Shown: positions 20,176 through 31,819, counted from the stretch's first letter. The stretch: DNA of 64,000 bases from a virus (IMGVR_UViG_3300001598_001658:64001-128000); one strand, 5' to 3'. Program-made: numbers and translations. The notes: generated by a model from the sequence alone, not told the origin.

Positions 20176-22215
20176 TTAAATATAAATATTATCTGTTTTT
20201 ACATGATCAACCGTTACTTTGTTTCTATTCCAAGCAACAAAAGGTTTCATCAATAATGAATTATTAAAATTATAACCGATATTATGTAATGAAAAATTAG
20301 TTTTCATACTATCGCGAATAAGTGCAACGTAGTTATCGAATTTACGAGCCATATCGTATCTATCTGCGATAGATAAGTTACACATAGTAGCAATATATTC
20401 AGATAAACCGCCATTTGCACGTTTATATTTCCAGAATGCACCATTACCCAATGAAAGCATCATAACTGGAGACAAATCTTTTACAGTTACAGATACTTTA
20501 ATAGAACGTGGGAAATTAAATTTAGTTCTATCATTTGCTCCGTCGCCACGAGTTACACTCATAGATTCAATGATACCCATATCGATAGAGAATAATCCTT
20601 TTGAGAATACTTTGATGATAAATGGTGACATATAAGATGAATAACCAGTTTGTAATGGAGCGCTTAATACCATAAGAAGGAGATAAGGAATATAAACGTT
20701 TTCAAAAATAGAAACAGTATCGCCTGTAGGAGACCAGAATTTGAAATCTATAGAATAAGATCTAGAATATGATGAACCAGCCCATACCTCTGGAATAGCC
20801 ATACGACCATCACCATTCATAATAGCACCTAATTCCGATCCATTAGACAATATCTCTTTTCCGACTTTTGCACCAACTTCGGTAACTACTTTATTTATGA
20901 TTTCATCCACACTTTTAGCACCACCATTCATCAATGTATCTTTCATTCCTGAAACCATTGTCATAGATGAGCCAAAACCTTTTTTGTTAGCACTATCTTC
21001 TGACATAGAATTGATTTCTCCGGCTATAGGATGTTCTTTGGTAGAGTTGCTAAATGTTTCTGAAATAGATATATTTGATTGACACAAATAAGGTAAATAA
21101 CTCATACTTTCTATACTAGCGAAATGTGGGCTAAGACCTTTTCCGTTATTAAATGTGCTATGAGGAATCATATCGATAACGTCTAATCTAGGAAATGAAC
21201 CTCTATATGAAGAAGCTAAATTAAGTTTAGCTTCTCTTAATGACGATGTGATAGATTGTAAAACTCTAGAATCTCCAAAATTACTATGAGTTCCATCTTC
21301 GCTCTGTTCAATAGATGCACCATCTCCAAATATTTCATTCTTTTCATTTTCTGGAATATTTTTAAATACTTCTTTTAATTCTTTATCCTTTTTAATTTCG
21401 GTTTTTATTTCATCGGATGTGCTACCTTTAACCAAATCAAAATTTAATCCTTCTATAAAATTTTCTTTAGTTAAATCAAGAAGTCCTAAATTTGCTGCAA
21501 ATTCTCTTAATAAATTATTTGCCATATTTCGATATAAAGGCATTGCATCTTTAAATGTTATAAATTTAGATACATCTCCAAAATTGGCACCGAATAAACC
21601 TAAAACACCTTCTATAGCTCCAAGTGTAACGTTTTTAATACTAACTAATCCAAGAGCTATTTTATTTTCAATACTATTATCTCCACCACTTCTAATATAA
21701 TTATTCAAAACTTTATGATCTGCACCAAGACCTTTTGTGAAAAATGAAAGAATATTTGCATTTAATTTTTCTCTACCAGGTTTAAATGTTAAAATTGGAA
21801 AGTTTGCATAAATGTAAGTTAAATAAACTCTACCCATATGTGGATATGAAGGATTACTCCTTACATCATCTAATTCATTAAATTGCCAAGGTGGATTTAT
21901 AACCGGACTTTCACCTACACGTAAAGAAATATCTTCACACGCTGAGTCTGAATCATTTTCTCGACTCCACATACCAAATGACAATTTATGTGTAATTCCG
22001 TCTCTTTTTGAAGATTCCATAAGATCCTCAACACGTTCGTTGATATCATTTATAGCGTCTAAACCTCCAGATGCTGCATAATTTTCATCTCTAAACGTCT
22101 TAAGAGGAATCGATAAAATATCTTGTTCTTTTATTTCATTTTTTATTTCTCGCGTAATATCGGATGCGAGATTTCTTAAACTCATTTCCTTTGAAATTAT
22201 TGTATTCTTTGGCAT
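20176..22215 (-). CDS. baseplate hub / tail-tube initiator-like protein
   Basis: PEVWAGSSYSRSYSIDFKFWSP...GIIESMSVTRG...PRSIKVSVTVKDL pattern; directly downstream of the tape-measure gene. Confidence 0.55.
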   Translation of the reverse strand: MPKNTIISKEMSLRNLASDITREIKNEIKEQDILSIPLKTFRDENYAASGGLDAINDINERVEDLMESSKRDGITHKLSFGMWSRENDSDSACEDISLRVGESPVINPPWQFNELDDVRSNPSYPHMGRVYLTYIYANFPILTFKPGREKLNANILSFFTKGLGADHKVLNNYIRSGGDNSIENKIALGLVSIKNVTLGAIEGVLGLFGANFGDVSKFITFKDAMPLYRNMANNLLREFAANLGLLDLTKENFIEGLNFDLVKGSTSDEIKTEIKKDKELKEVFKNIPENEKNEIFGDGASIEQSEDGTHSNFGDSRVLQSITSSLREAKLNLASSYRGSFPRLDVIDMIPHSTFNNGKGLSPHFASIESMSYLPYLCQSNISISETFSNSTKEHPIAGEINSMSEDSANKKGFGSSMTMVSGMKDTLMNGGAKSVDEIINKVVTEVGAKVGKEILSNGSELGAIMNGDGRMAIPEVWAGSSYSRSYSIDFKFWSPTGDTVSIFENVYIPYLLLMVLSAPLQTGYSSYMSPFIIKVFSKGLFSIDMGIIESMSVTRGDGANDRTKFNFPRSIKVSVTVKDLSPVMMLSLGNGAFWKYKRANGGLSEYIATMCNLSIADRYDMARKFDNYVALIRDSMKTNFSLHNIGYNFNNSLLMKPFVAWNRNKVTVDHVKTDNIYI

Positions 22216-22270
22216 AATAATGCTCCTTTATATCTTTTATATATTTATGTCATGTATAAAGAATAAAATA

Positions 22271-22300
22271 AACTAGACTCCTCATATGAGGAGTCTAGTT
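22271..22300 (-). terminator. terminator hairpin
   Basis: AACTAGACTCCTCA / TGAGGAGTCTAGTT. Confidence 0.75.
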
Positions 22301-22305
22301 ATTAA

Positions 22306-25300
22306 TTATAAACCATTAGCAAGTTTATCAAACATGCCTTTGGTTATACTTGTAGAACTACCAGCTGTAGAGAATCCATTATTGTTACTTGCAATAATAG
22401 CTGCCCCAATACCAGCAATTCCAGCCATTAAATTTTTATAGAAAACCTCTTCGATCTGATTATGACGTTTAGTTTCATTTAATAATTCTCTCATTATTTC
22501 TACACCCTCAGAAGCTATATTATATAACTCATCAAATTTAGCAACAACAAGATTAGATGTAACTACGCCACTCTTTTCGGCAAGAGCATTTCCTTTTTCA
22601 TTTAACTTAGAAACGGTTTCTTTTGCTTTATTCTTAACAGTCTTATAACCATTAAGAACAAGTGGATTAGAAATCTTAGCAGGTAATTTCTTGTAATCTA
22701 TATTTGAAATATACTTACTTGCATTTGAAGCTACATTCTTTAAAGTAGATCTGAAATTAATAGCATCTGCTTGTTGTGTTTGTGCAACTGTAGCAGATCC
22801 ACCTACTGGTGTATTAGGTAATTTGAAATTAGGATCTCCTAATTCAAAATGTGGTTTATCTGGCGTTGACCAGTATCCACCCCAATCGATTCCATATTCC
22901 TTTGCAATTGCACCAAGTTTATCATATCCAATATCTCCTGGTTCCAAGTCAACGGCAGAACCATTGAAATGGTTTGAAGCAAGAGTCCAAGTAATATAAT
23001 CACCTGGTTTTTGGAATGATTTTGGCCAGAAATTAATACCATCTTTAAATCCTGCATATTTCATCAATTTGTCTGTTACCCAAGAAGGAGATCTTCCTTT
23101 TGAATAATAAGCTAACTGAGTAGCAGGTGGTCTGTATGATTCACGAATAGAAACACCATGACCTTGAACTCTAGGATCTTTTAAGAATGCTTCGACTCTT
23201 TCGGCAAATACAGGGGAAAGAACCGATGTACTCTTTTGTTGTCCTAAAGCATTTTTATCAACAATATTTTTCTGGAGAGCAATTACATCATTTACTCCGG
23301 TTTCATCATTGAATTTAGAACTTAATTCGAGTTCCATTTGTTTTCGTCTAGTGACAAATTCACCAATGGCATTAGCAGAACCTTTAATTTTACTAAATAT
23401 ATTAGTGGCTCCAGATGCAACATTTTTTGATGCTCCTACTATTTTACTAGCAAGATTAGCTGCACCTTTAGCAAGCTTTCCACCAACAGCTTTGAGACCC
23501 GCTTTAAATCCTTTTTTCTGAGGTTTAATACCATTTCTTACAGCGGTCAATTTATCAAGAGCATTACTCTTAGATTCGTTTAATTTAGCAAGAGTATTCC
23601 ATCCTGCAAAATATTTAGAATCAGTCATCTTTTTAAAATTAATACCGTCTGCTTGAAGTTCGTTTTCTTTATTAGTATCTTTATTGTCTCCAGTAATAGG
23701 TTTAGCTGTACCTTCAGCATTACTTACCGGATTAGGTTTTTCATTATTAGAGACAGATATTTTAGAAGAACCTGAAATATCAGTATTAATTTCATTATCC
23801 ATTTTAGCATCCGGAAGATCAGGTTTAACAACAGTTTCTTCACTCTTAAGGTTTATTCCTTCTTTAGATAATTCCGCTGTACCTTCAGCATTTTCTTTTG
23901 CTAAATTATTTTCATCTGTTTCTTTTTCTACAACAGCTGTTTCTTCATCATGTTTTTTGATTTCATCTTCTTCAGATTTACCTTTGCCTAAAGGACCAAG
24001 ACCAGAGAGTTTATTTTTAGCCATATATGCTTTCGCAGCTTTCAAATATTCTTCTCTGAATTTAGCCTGATTATCTAATGCAGCTACATCATCAGGATTG
24101 ATTTTCTTGTCAACTTTACCACCATTAGCTTTAATCATTTCTTTATACATATCATCCAAAGGTTTATATACTTTCTCAAACCATGTTTTGAAACGTTCTA
24201 TTGCACCTTTATCCTTTTTATCTTTCATAAAGCCAAGTATTGTAGCTCGTTTCTTATCTTGACCAAATACAATTTCAGTCCATGTCATAGTTTCGAATTC
24301 AACAAGTCTTCCATACTCAACTTCCATAATACTTGCACGTTGTTTATCGAACTCTTCAGCTGATTTCATCTGTTCTTTAGTAGCTTTAGAACCAATGATT
24401 CCAAATACTAAATTAGCAATTGCATCAGGTGGAATTAATCCTAATGTTAAATTACCAGATATAGCTTTAGCTAAACCGGCAGTTATTCTCATAGGCCATG
24501 TAGGTTTCATTCCTTTACCCATTTTAAAGTATCTAGGAGCTTCCGCCATACCTGTACCGATATCATAAACTAACTGTGCAACCATTACAGCCCAACCTAC
24601 CCCGTTAGATATTTTAGCACAGAATGCTGTAATCTTACTAGATATTTTAGCTATTAATTTTGCTCCACCTTTAGTTAAGGATTTTTCCATCGATTTGATA
24701 AATGCTTTACTTACAGAATCTGCAGCTGCTTTACCACCAATTTTTGCGACAAGCTTAGGATCTTTAAATAGTTTAGCAACTAAACCTGAGAATTTAGTAA
24801 ATATTGCAGGAAGTTTACTTACACCCTTAGCAAATGTAGCAACATGTACTGCTTGATTTAATCCAAATCCTTTTCCAGCTTTTATATTTTTATCTGTGAT
24901 TTCATTACCATTGTTATCATAATTACCAGAGCCTCCGGCACCAAATAAACCAGAAACTTTTTCTCCAACAGAAGAATTTTTCCAATCTAATTTTGTAGTT
25001 TTAAATTTATTAACAACTTGTTTTCCAAGCATAGCTGCACCTGCGGCAGCTGCACCAATAGTTGCAACGCCACCAGCGGTTTGTATCCCGGCTGCTATTT
25101 TACCACCAGCCGTTCCGAGTTTACTCCACTTAGATAAACTATTACCACCACCATCACCTTTTCCAACAGGCTTATTTTTTATATCCTCAAGTAATTCACC
25201 TTGTTTTTCAGAATTTTGATAATTAGCCATTAACAAACTACCAATATCCGGATTTGGCATAGCTGTTTCTTTTGCAGCAGCAGCTATAGTTTGAGGTGTA

Positions 25301-28300
25301 CCTATTACAGCAGCAATGGAAGCAATATTATGTGCTAAATTATGTCTATCTTCTTTTTCTTCTTTAGTTTCTTTATCATTTTTCTGATCCTGATATGATC
25401 CTTCACTAGGAGCAGGTAATGCCAAAGTTCTATTATCCACATTAAGATTTTCTAATGTTCCGGAGAGTCTATCACCTATAGATTTTTTATCCCCAGCAGC
25501 AGCTTTTAAAGTTGCTTTTGGTGTTTTAGATACTTTAGATTTACTTTTATTTTCTTTACTCTTTATTTTTGTTACATCGGTTATTTTACCATTTTCATTT
25601 ATTTCTTGTTCAATGGCTTTTAATTCTTTGTAAGAATAAATCTCAAGAATATCATCTTCTGACATATTGAGCCGTGTAGTTAAATCACATCTATTAATTA
25701 TATCTAATCCTTGTTTCTTATGGCGTCGTTTTACTCCACTTAAAGATCTTTTATTATCTTTTGAAGATTTTTTATTATCGACTTTCTCAATTTTGATTCC
25801 GCCAATTTCATATACAGCATCTCGTACTTCTTCAATTTTTTCAATAATTTTTTTAACTGATTTAGAAGATATTTTTCCACCAGTTATTAAATTACCTGTA
25901 GATTTTATAACACCTTTTCCGAAATCGAGCGCATGAGATACTAAACCTTTGGTTTTATCTTTTATATCAAGTCCTTTTTCTTTAGCTAAATTAAGTAATT
26001 CTTCTCTAGATAAATTTTCTATTTTTTCTCTAGGTATTTCTAATTTTTTACTTATTTCATCTTTTAAAGTTTCTAAATCAGCTTTCTTACCAAACAAGAT
26101 ATCTTTACTTTTTGAAATAACTTTGCCTGTAAGAGTAGTAGCTGTTTTATCCCCCAAACCAATTGCGTCAAGTGCACTATTTACAAGACCATTGGTTTTA
26201 TTTGTTGTTTCGATACCATTCTCTTTAGCTAAATTAATCAAATCATCATGAGATAATTGTTTTAATTTTTTCAAACTAATTTTTGTTTTATCATGTATCT
26301 TTTCTATCAGTGTATCGTCATCGATATCAGTCGTTTTACCAAATAAGAATTCATTGCCTTTAGTTAAAATATTTCCTGTTAATCCACTTACGCCTTTTAA
26401 GCCTTTTTCAGCAAAATCTTTGACGTGTGTTAAAATTCCTTTTTCACGATCATTAACATCAATACCATTTTCTTTAGCCAATTTAATTAAATCATCATAC
26501 GACATTTCGTTCAATTCGCTTTTACTAATTTTCAATTTTTTACTTAATTGTTCAACGATTGGTTTGGTATCAACTATTTTCTTTTTACCAAACAAAATAT
26601 CTTTTCCTTTTCCAATAGTTCCAGATATAAGATTTTTACCTTTAGTAATTAAAGATTTTTCTTTTCTAATATCTTTAATCATCTTGATTATTTGTTCTTT
26701 ACTATATTTTTTACGAATATTTTCAATAGACATTCCAAGTCTTTCTTCAAGACCATATTTGATGATAAGATTCTCAACACTTTCTTTAGTCAAATCAAAT
26801 TTATCCTTAATAAAATCAACACCTTTTTTGCCAGCATTGAGTGTACCTTTGCCTATATTTTTAGCTAAATCCAAACCTTTATCGAGAGTTGTAGCTGCAA
26901 ATCCAAATACTTTTCCTGCCATATCTTTAGCTGTAGATCCTATTTTTCCAAAAAGACCAGATCCAACTACTCCAGGAATACCAATACCAAAACCTATTTT
27001 TTCAGTATTATCAGCAATTCGATTTGTATTATTGTATATAGCCATTAAGATATCTTTATTAGTTTTAAATTCAACGTTTGCTTTTCTAGAATCTGTTTTA
27101 TTTTCATCTTTTTTATGATTAAATAATTTATCAATTATAGATTCAAAGAAGTTATTAGAATCTTTACCATTGAAGAATTCATATTCGCGATCAACTCTTT
27201 CTTTTAATTTATTGAAGTTTTTAGGCAATTTAACTTCACCAGATGCAACGCTTCCAGCAGGATCGCTTTGGAAGAATGAGAGAGGCTTGCCTGTTATAAC
27301 TTCTTTATATTCATTATTTGTAGTATATGTACCATCTTCATTTTTAACAGCATTATCATATTTATGATCAAAATAATAAGATTTTTCATCACTGAGAGTT
27401 TTAACTTTATGTGATTTCATAAAATCTTTCTTTTCCTGTTCTATTTGACCAAGTAACGATTCGTCTGTTATTTTTTTATTTTCATTCCATCTTTCATCAA
27501 ATTCAAAATGTGGTTGGTCATTTTTACCAGCCCATTTAATACCATATTTAGCAGCAATAGAAGCAATTTTTCCATATTTCATGTTTCCGTTAATAAGATC
27601 AATAGCCCTACCAGTCATATGATTTGAAGAAAGTGTTCTGGCAACAATACCATTTTCTCCCATTGCATTTTTAATGCTTTCAGGGAAATATGTATCGTAA
27701 TCGAGACCAGCATAAAACATCAGCTGTTTTGTTATCTTTGGATCTACGCGACCTTTAGAATATAAAGCAAACTGACGCAATGGAGAACGAATAGAATCTT
27801 TAATTTGAATATTAGCGCCTTGTAATGCAGGATCAGCTAACATTTTATCTAAACGCAATTTAAATTCAGGATCAAGATGTTCCAAATGATCTTGACGATC
27901 TTTGAATTTATATCCTTCATGTGTGCTACTCTTAATTTTATTTGCAAATTCAAAAATAGCACTTTCATCACCAGAACTTAATAAAGCATCTATTTCATCT
28001 TTTGTTTTAGGTTCTTTAATAAAAAGATTACCCGCCGATTTAGGACTATTAATAGCTGCTAAATTTTTATATTTTAAAATTCCGGTATTTCTTGAATTAT
28101 CTTTTGTTTCTTTATTAAAAGATTTTAATTCCGATTTAGATTTATTTAAATTATCTAATAATTCTTTATGTACTTTAGCAATTTCATTTTCTTCATCTGA
28201 TCTTTCATCTTTATTATCTGAAAATAAACGTTTTCCATCTTCAGTATATTTATCAGAATTATCTTTATAAAATTGCTTTAATTTTTCTTCATTCTCTTTT

Positions 28301-31300
28301 ACATTATTATTAAGCTCTTCTCTCTTATCACTAATCTCTTTATTTATTCTTTTATATTCTTTTTTATTTTGACGCGAAATTGATCCATTTTTTGTATCAT
28401 TATCCATTTCATTAAATGAATATTCTTCGTTAACATCAAATGCATGTTTAGTTTTTTCTGTATAATATTCATCTCGATCATTTATATTTTCAATTTCACT
28501 ATTTATTTTAATCCGATTATTATGAAATCTACTATTGTTATCTCTTGCAAGACGATTATTTGATTTTAAATAAGTAGATACTTCATTTATATTTTTATAT
28601 TTTCCATCAATTACTTTAATACCTATATCTTTTATTAATTTTTTATCATCTGAATCCAAATTACCAATTTTACCATAATAAATATCGGTTTCTTCATCTA
28701 ATGAATCGACAATCATACCACCATTTTTAATAATATCTCGAGTTATTAAAAGCTTTGTTTTATCATCTAATGGTTCAAACCATACAGGATCAAGATATAC
28801 ATAAGCTCGTCCGTCGCCGCTTATATTGTTTAAAGTAGTACCTATTTTACTATATAAATCGCTACCCATAATCTGTTGTAAATATGTACCATTCTTTTTT
28901 ATCGATTCTTGTTTATCATATTTTTTCTTAATTTCTTTTTCTCGTTTTTTAGAAACAACAACATCTAATTTTTTAGATCCTTTTTCTGATATATCCTGTA
29001 TACTTTCTACGAGACTAGAAATAGACGATTGTTTTTCTTTTGATTTATTTTTCTTTTTACCAGAAATGGCGTTTTCAACATCTTTAAGCGTATCAACTCT
29101 AAGTGCTTTTCGTTTTTTAGCCTCTTCTAATGCTTCTTTTGTAATATCTTTAGAAACTCCACCATTATTTAAATAATCCTCAGTAGCTTCTTTACCTATA
29201 ATGCCATTCATTAACGATTCAAATGGATTCATTATTGCATTTGCAACATTATCAAATCCGATAAGATATCTCATTTTACCCATCATCGAATCGTCATCTG
29301 CTCCCATAAAATTATAAGAACGTCTGCGTTTTTCATCTTCTTCGGCTATAAGTCTAGAATTTTCAGAATTGCTTTTTCTGAGTTCTATTATATCATTTTC
29401 TTTTTTCTTTTTTTCTTCTTCAGTTTTATCTTTATATTTTTTATAATCCAAAGAAGTAACGCCAAGTTCATTGATTCTTCTATTATAATCTTTTAAATTT
29501 GTCTCAGGTGTTATAGGATAAACCTTTATACCATTTAATAGAAGATCATATATATTGTCAATACTACTTTTGACATTATCAGAAATTGAACCTACACTCG
29601 AATTTATATTTTGTGGTAATAAATCAACTTTTCCTACACGTTCACCATACATCGATTGTTCTGCAAGCAATTTATTTCGTCTAGCTGTCATTTTATTATA
29701 TTCATTTTTACCGGCTAAATCTTCATTATATTTAGATGAATATTGTAAATCGTAATCAATTTTTTCCCACTTTTCTTTTTCTTGCATTTCGGAAATAACA
29801 CTTTTATTTCCGAATTTAACCATAGATTCTTTAAATTGTTTAGATGTACTTTCGATTTCAGATGCAACTTTTAATATACTATTATTGATATCTCTTAAGT
29901 CACCAGGGGATAATGAAGAAATAGATTCTGCGATTAAATCTTTTATAGATTCTGTTTGTTCTCTATCTTCACCAATAGCTTCAAAACCTCTAAACATCTT
30001 ATCTCTATATTCTTTATTTTTAAATAATTCTATAGGATTAAGTTCTATTTTGGATTGGATTAAATTTTCTTTAAATTTATCCATCGCTTTCTGTATTTGT
30101 CTTTCATCAATATCAAAATTAGAATATTTATTATCATTTATTAATTTTCCACCAGTACCTTCTATAATAGACATACCTTTAGAAAATTTAACATTTCCAT
30201 TAATTACATTTTCGCGTATCTGATCATATTTTTCACTAATGCTTTTTTGTGTTTCGAATCTATGTGAATCATAATTATAATATTGAATTTCGCTTCCATT
30301 TAATGCATTTAAAATTTGAGCCAAATATCCAGGTATCGTTTCGGTAATGGTTTCTTTTGTTTTGCCGTCAAAAACTGTTTGTTGATCTAAGTCTGTCGTT
30401 GTAAGATCTATATTTTTATCGATAGCAGTATCCTGACCTAATAAATTTCCCATAAAACTTAAGAAACTATTATCACTATCTTTAAGTCTATTCATTTTAC
30501 TTACAATAGTGCCACCGATATTTCCATATAAATCATTTAATCGGCCTAATTTATTTTTAGTTTCGCTACCCAATAAATTATTGAATACAAAACTTTTAGC
30601 CATACTTCTTCCAATATCTAATGGATTTAATTTAAGTCCAGAATCTTTACCGATCATACCGGCCATACCAGACATCATATCATATGTCTGACCTAACTGC
30701 GTATTGGAAAACATATTCATTGCATTTTCTTTAATTTGTTTAGCATATTTATCCATACTAAATGAACCAATTCCACCAAACAAATTTAAATCTTCATTTT
30801 CTTCTAATTCAGCAAGTTCTTCTTCCGATTTAATACCTATTGCTCTATTATTAGCAGCTAAGATATCTTTTAATAAAGCACGCTGATCTGTTAAAAATGC
30901 TAAAGATTTGCTATCGTATTCGAGTTGAGCATTGATATTAGTTTTTCCATAATGCTCTAAGAAATCAGATAATCCATATATATTATTTGATATATTTGAT
31001 AAGATAGCAATAATATCTTTGAAATTAGAATTATCAATGTGTGTTTTTGTCTCAAAAAGTTTTTTATTATTTGAATTGATAGATGCTGTAGATGTTTCTT
31101 GTAATGCAGCATTTGCAGCTATATCACTTTCATCATTTGATTGATTCACTATGATAAGATTATTTTTGCGTCTAGGTCTTTTATAATTAAAAGACGTAGT
31201 CATTGATCCACTTGTATCTTCTTCTGTGGACTCTCCGACGTTCTCTTCATCATCATCATCCAAAAAAGCATCCATATCAATTTTAATATCTCTATTTGAG

Positions 31301-31734
31301 GTATAAAATTTACCACTTTTGATATTATTTTTTATTTCACCGAAAGCATTTTTAAAAGCACCTTTTGATTCTTCGGCACTTTCTTTGTTTGCTTTGTTAG
31401 ATAAATTGCTTTTAAATGAGCTAAGTCCTTCAAAAACTTTATCTTTCTTTTCAAGAAAAACGTCTTTGGAATCGCCTATAGCAGATTTAATGTCGTCTCC
31501 AAGACTAACAGCTTCTGGTAAAAATTCATCAACGAAATCTACACCAATACCTTTGATTGATTTCATTGTATTTACAAAGAAACCTTTGGCACCGCCAGGA
31601 CCATCTTCATTAGGATCGAATTTGAATCCTGCAAGATCGTCGTCATCATCATAGACAGAATCATCCAGAGGAAACATCTCATCATCGAATTCAAAGTCAT
31701 CATTATCTATATTCATATTACCTTTTTTAGCCAT
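22306..31734 (-). CDS. tape-measure-like tail protein (3142 aa) with two M15-family peptidoglycan peptidase domains
   Basis: Follows sheath and tube. Long helical and Gly/Ala-rich regions. Two R..Q..LY..GR / SxHxxGxAxD / W..DxPHFE domains at about 27500-27890 and 22843-23221. Late motif at 31792-31781. Confidence 0.75.
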   Translation of the reverse strand: MAKKGNMNIDNDDFEFDDEMFPLDDSVYDDDDDLAGFKFDPNEDGPGGAKGFFVNTMKSIKGIGVDFVDEFLPEAVSLGDDIKSAIGDSKDVFLEKKDKVFEGLSSFKSNLSNKANKESAEESKGAFKNAFGEIKNNIKSGKFYTSNRDIKIDMDAFLDDDDEENVGESTEEDTSGSMTTSFNYKRPRRKNNLIIVNQSNDESDIAANAALQETSTASINSNNKKLFETKTHIDNSNFKDIIAILSNISNNIYGLSDFLEHYGKTNINAQLEYDSKSLAFLTDQRALLKDILAANNRAIGIKSEEELAELEENEDLNLFGGIGSFSMDKYAKQIKENAMNMFSNTQLGQTYDMMSGMAGMIGKDSGLKLNPLDIGRSMAKSFVFNNLLGSETKNKLGRLNDLYGNIGGTIVSKMNRLKDSDNSFLSFMGNLLGQDTAIDKNIDLTTTDLDQQTVFDGKTKETITETIPGYLAQILNALNGSEIQYYNYDSHRFETQKSISEKYDQIRENVINGNVKFSKGMSIIEGTGGKLINDNKYSNFDIDERQIQKAMDKFKENLIQSKIELNPIELFKNKEYRDKMFRGFEAIGEDREQTESIKDLIAESISSLSPGDLRDINNSILKVASEIESTSKQFKESMVKFGNKSVISEMQEKEKWEKIDYDLQYSSKYNEDLAGKNEYNKMTARRNKLLAEQSMYGERVGKVDLLPQNINSSVGSISDNVKSSIDNIYDLLLNGIKVYPITPETNLKDYNRRINELGVTSLDYKKYKDKTEEEKKKKENDIIELRKSNSENSRLIAEEDEKRRRSYNFMGADDDSMMGKMRYLIGFDNVANAIMNPFESLMNGIIGKEATEDYLNNGGVSKDITKEALEEAKKRKALRVDTLKDVENAISGKKKNKSKEKQSSISSLVESIQDISEKGSKKLDVVVSKKREKEIKKKYDKQESIKKNGTYLQQIMGSDLYSKIGTTLNNISGDGRAYVYLDPVWFEPLDDKTKLLITRDIIKNGGMIVDSLDEETDIYYGKIGNLDSDDKKLIKDIGIKVIDGKYKNINEVSTYLKSNNRLARDNNSRFHNNRIKINSEIENINDRDEYYTEKTKHAFDVNEEYSFNEMDNDTKNGSISRQNKKEYKRINKEISDKREELNNNVKENEEKLKQFYKDNSDKYTEDGKRLFSDNKDERSDEENEIAKVHKELLDNLNKSKSELKSFNKETKDNSRNTGILKYKNLAAINSPKSAGNLFIKEPKTKDEIDALLSSGDESAIFEFANKIKSSTHEGYKFKDRQDHLEHLDPEFKLRLDKMLADPALQGANIQIKDSIRSPLRQFALYSKGRVDPKITKQLMFYAGLDYDTYFPESIKNAMGENGIVARTLSSNHMTGRAIDLINGNMKYGKIASIAAKYGIKWAGKNDQPHFEFDERWNENKKITDESLLGQIEQEKKDFMKSHKVKTLSDEKSYYFDHKYDNAVKNEDGTYTTNNEYKEVITGKPLSFFQSDPAGSVASGEVKLPKNFNKLKERVDREYEFFNGKDSNNFFESIIDKLFNHKKDENKTDSRKANVEFKTNKDILMAIYNNTNRIADNTEKIGFGIGIPGVVGSGLFGKIGSTAKDMAGKVFGFAATTLDKGLDLAKNIGKGTLNAGKKGVDFIKDKFDLTKESVENLIIKYGLEERLGMSIENIRKKYSKEQIIKMIKDIRKEKSLITKGKNLISGTIGKGKDILFGKKKIVDTKPIVEQLSKKLKISKSELNEMSYDDLIKLAKENGIDVNDREKGILTHVKDFAEKGLKGVSGLTGNILTKGNEFLFGKTTDIDDDTLIEKIHDKTKISLKKLKQLSHDDLINLAKENGIETTNKTNGLVNSALDAIGLGDKTATTLTGKVISKSKDILFGKKADLETLKDEISKKLEIPREKIENLSREELLNLAKEKGLDIKDKTKGLVSHALDFGKGVIKSTGNLITGGKISSKSVKKIIEKIEEVRDAVYEIGGIKIEKVDNKKSSKDNKRSLSGVKRRHKKQGLDIINRCDLTTRLNMSEDDILEIYSYKELKAIEQEINENGKITDVTKIKSKENKSKSKVSKTPKATLKAAAGDKKSIGDRLSGTLENLNVDNRTLALPAPSEGSYQDQKNDKETKEEKEDRHNLAHNIASIAAVIGTPQTIAAAAKETAMPNPDIGSLLMANYQNSEKQGELLEDIKNKPVGKGDGGGNSLSKWSKLGTAGGKIAAGIQTAGGVATIGAAAAGAAMLGKQVVNKFKTTKLDWKNSSVGEKVSGLFGAGGSGNYDNNGNEITDKNIKAGKGFGLNQAVHVATFAKGVSKLPAIFTKFSGLVAKLFKDPKLVAKIGGKAAADSVSKAFIKSMEKSLTKGGAKLIAKISSKITAFCAKISNGVGWAVMVAQLVYDIGTGMAEAPRYFKMGKGMKPTWPMRITAGLAKAISGNLTLGLIPPDAIANLVFGIIGSKATKEQMKSAEEFDKQRASIMEVEYGRLVEFETMTWTEIVFGQDKKRATILGFMKDKKDKGAIERFKTWFEKVYKPLDDMYKEMIKANGGKVDKKINPDDVAALDNQAKFREEYLKAAKAYMAKNKLSGLGPLGKGKSEEDEIKKHDEETAVVEKETDENNLAKENAEGTAELSKEGINLKSEETVVKPDLPDAKMDNEINTDISGSSKISVSNNEKPNPVSNAEGTAKPITGDNKDTNKENELQADGINFKKMTDSKYFAGWNTLAKLNESKSNALDKLTAVRNGIKPQKKGFKAGLKAVGGKLAKGAANLASKIVGASKNVASGATNIFSKIKGSANAIGEFVTRRKQMELELSSKFNDETGVNDVIALQKNIVDKNALGQQKSTSVLSPVFAERVEAFLKDPRVQGHGVSIRESYRPPATQLAYYSKGRSPSWVTDKLMKYAGFKDGINFWPKSFQKPGDYITWTLASNHFNGSAVDLEPGDIGYDKLGAIAKEYGIDWGGYWSTPDKPHFELGDPNFKLPNTPVGGSATVAQTQQADAINFRSTLKNVASNASKYISNIDYKKLPAKISNPLVLNGYKTVKNKAKETVSKLNEKGNALAEKSGVVTSNLVVAKFDELYNIASEGVEIMRELLNETKRHNQIEEVFYKNLMAGIAGIGAAIIASNNNGFSTAGSSTSITKGMFDKLANGL

Positions 31735-31819
31735 AATATTCCTCCAATTCTATCTATATAATAGAATCAATATTAGTATATAGAATAATGTTTTTGATAT
31801 ATTACAATATACAAAATAA

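Noticed and set aside
23309-31654. Many + strand ORFs antisense to the tape-measure gene (and similar shadows elsewhere)
   Set aside because: Ser/Leu/Phe-rich shadow frames expected opposite Lys/Glu-rich AT-rich genes; no RBS
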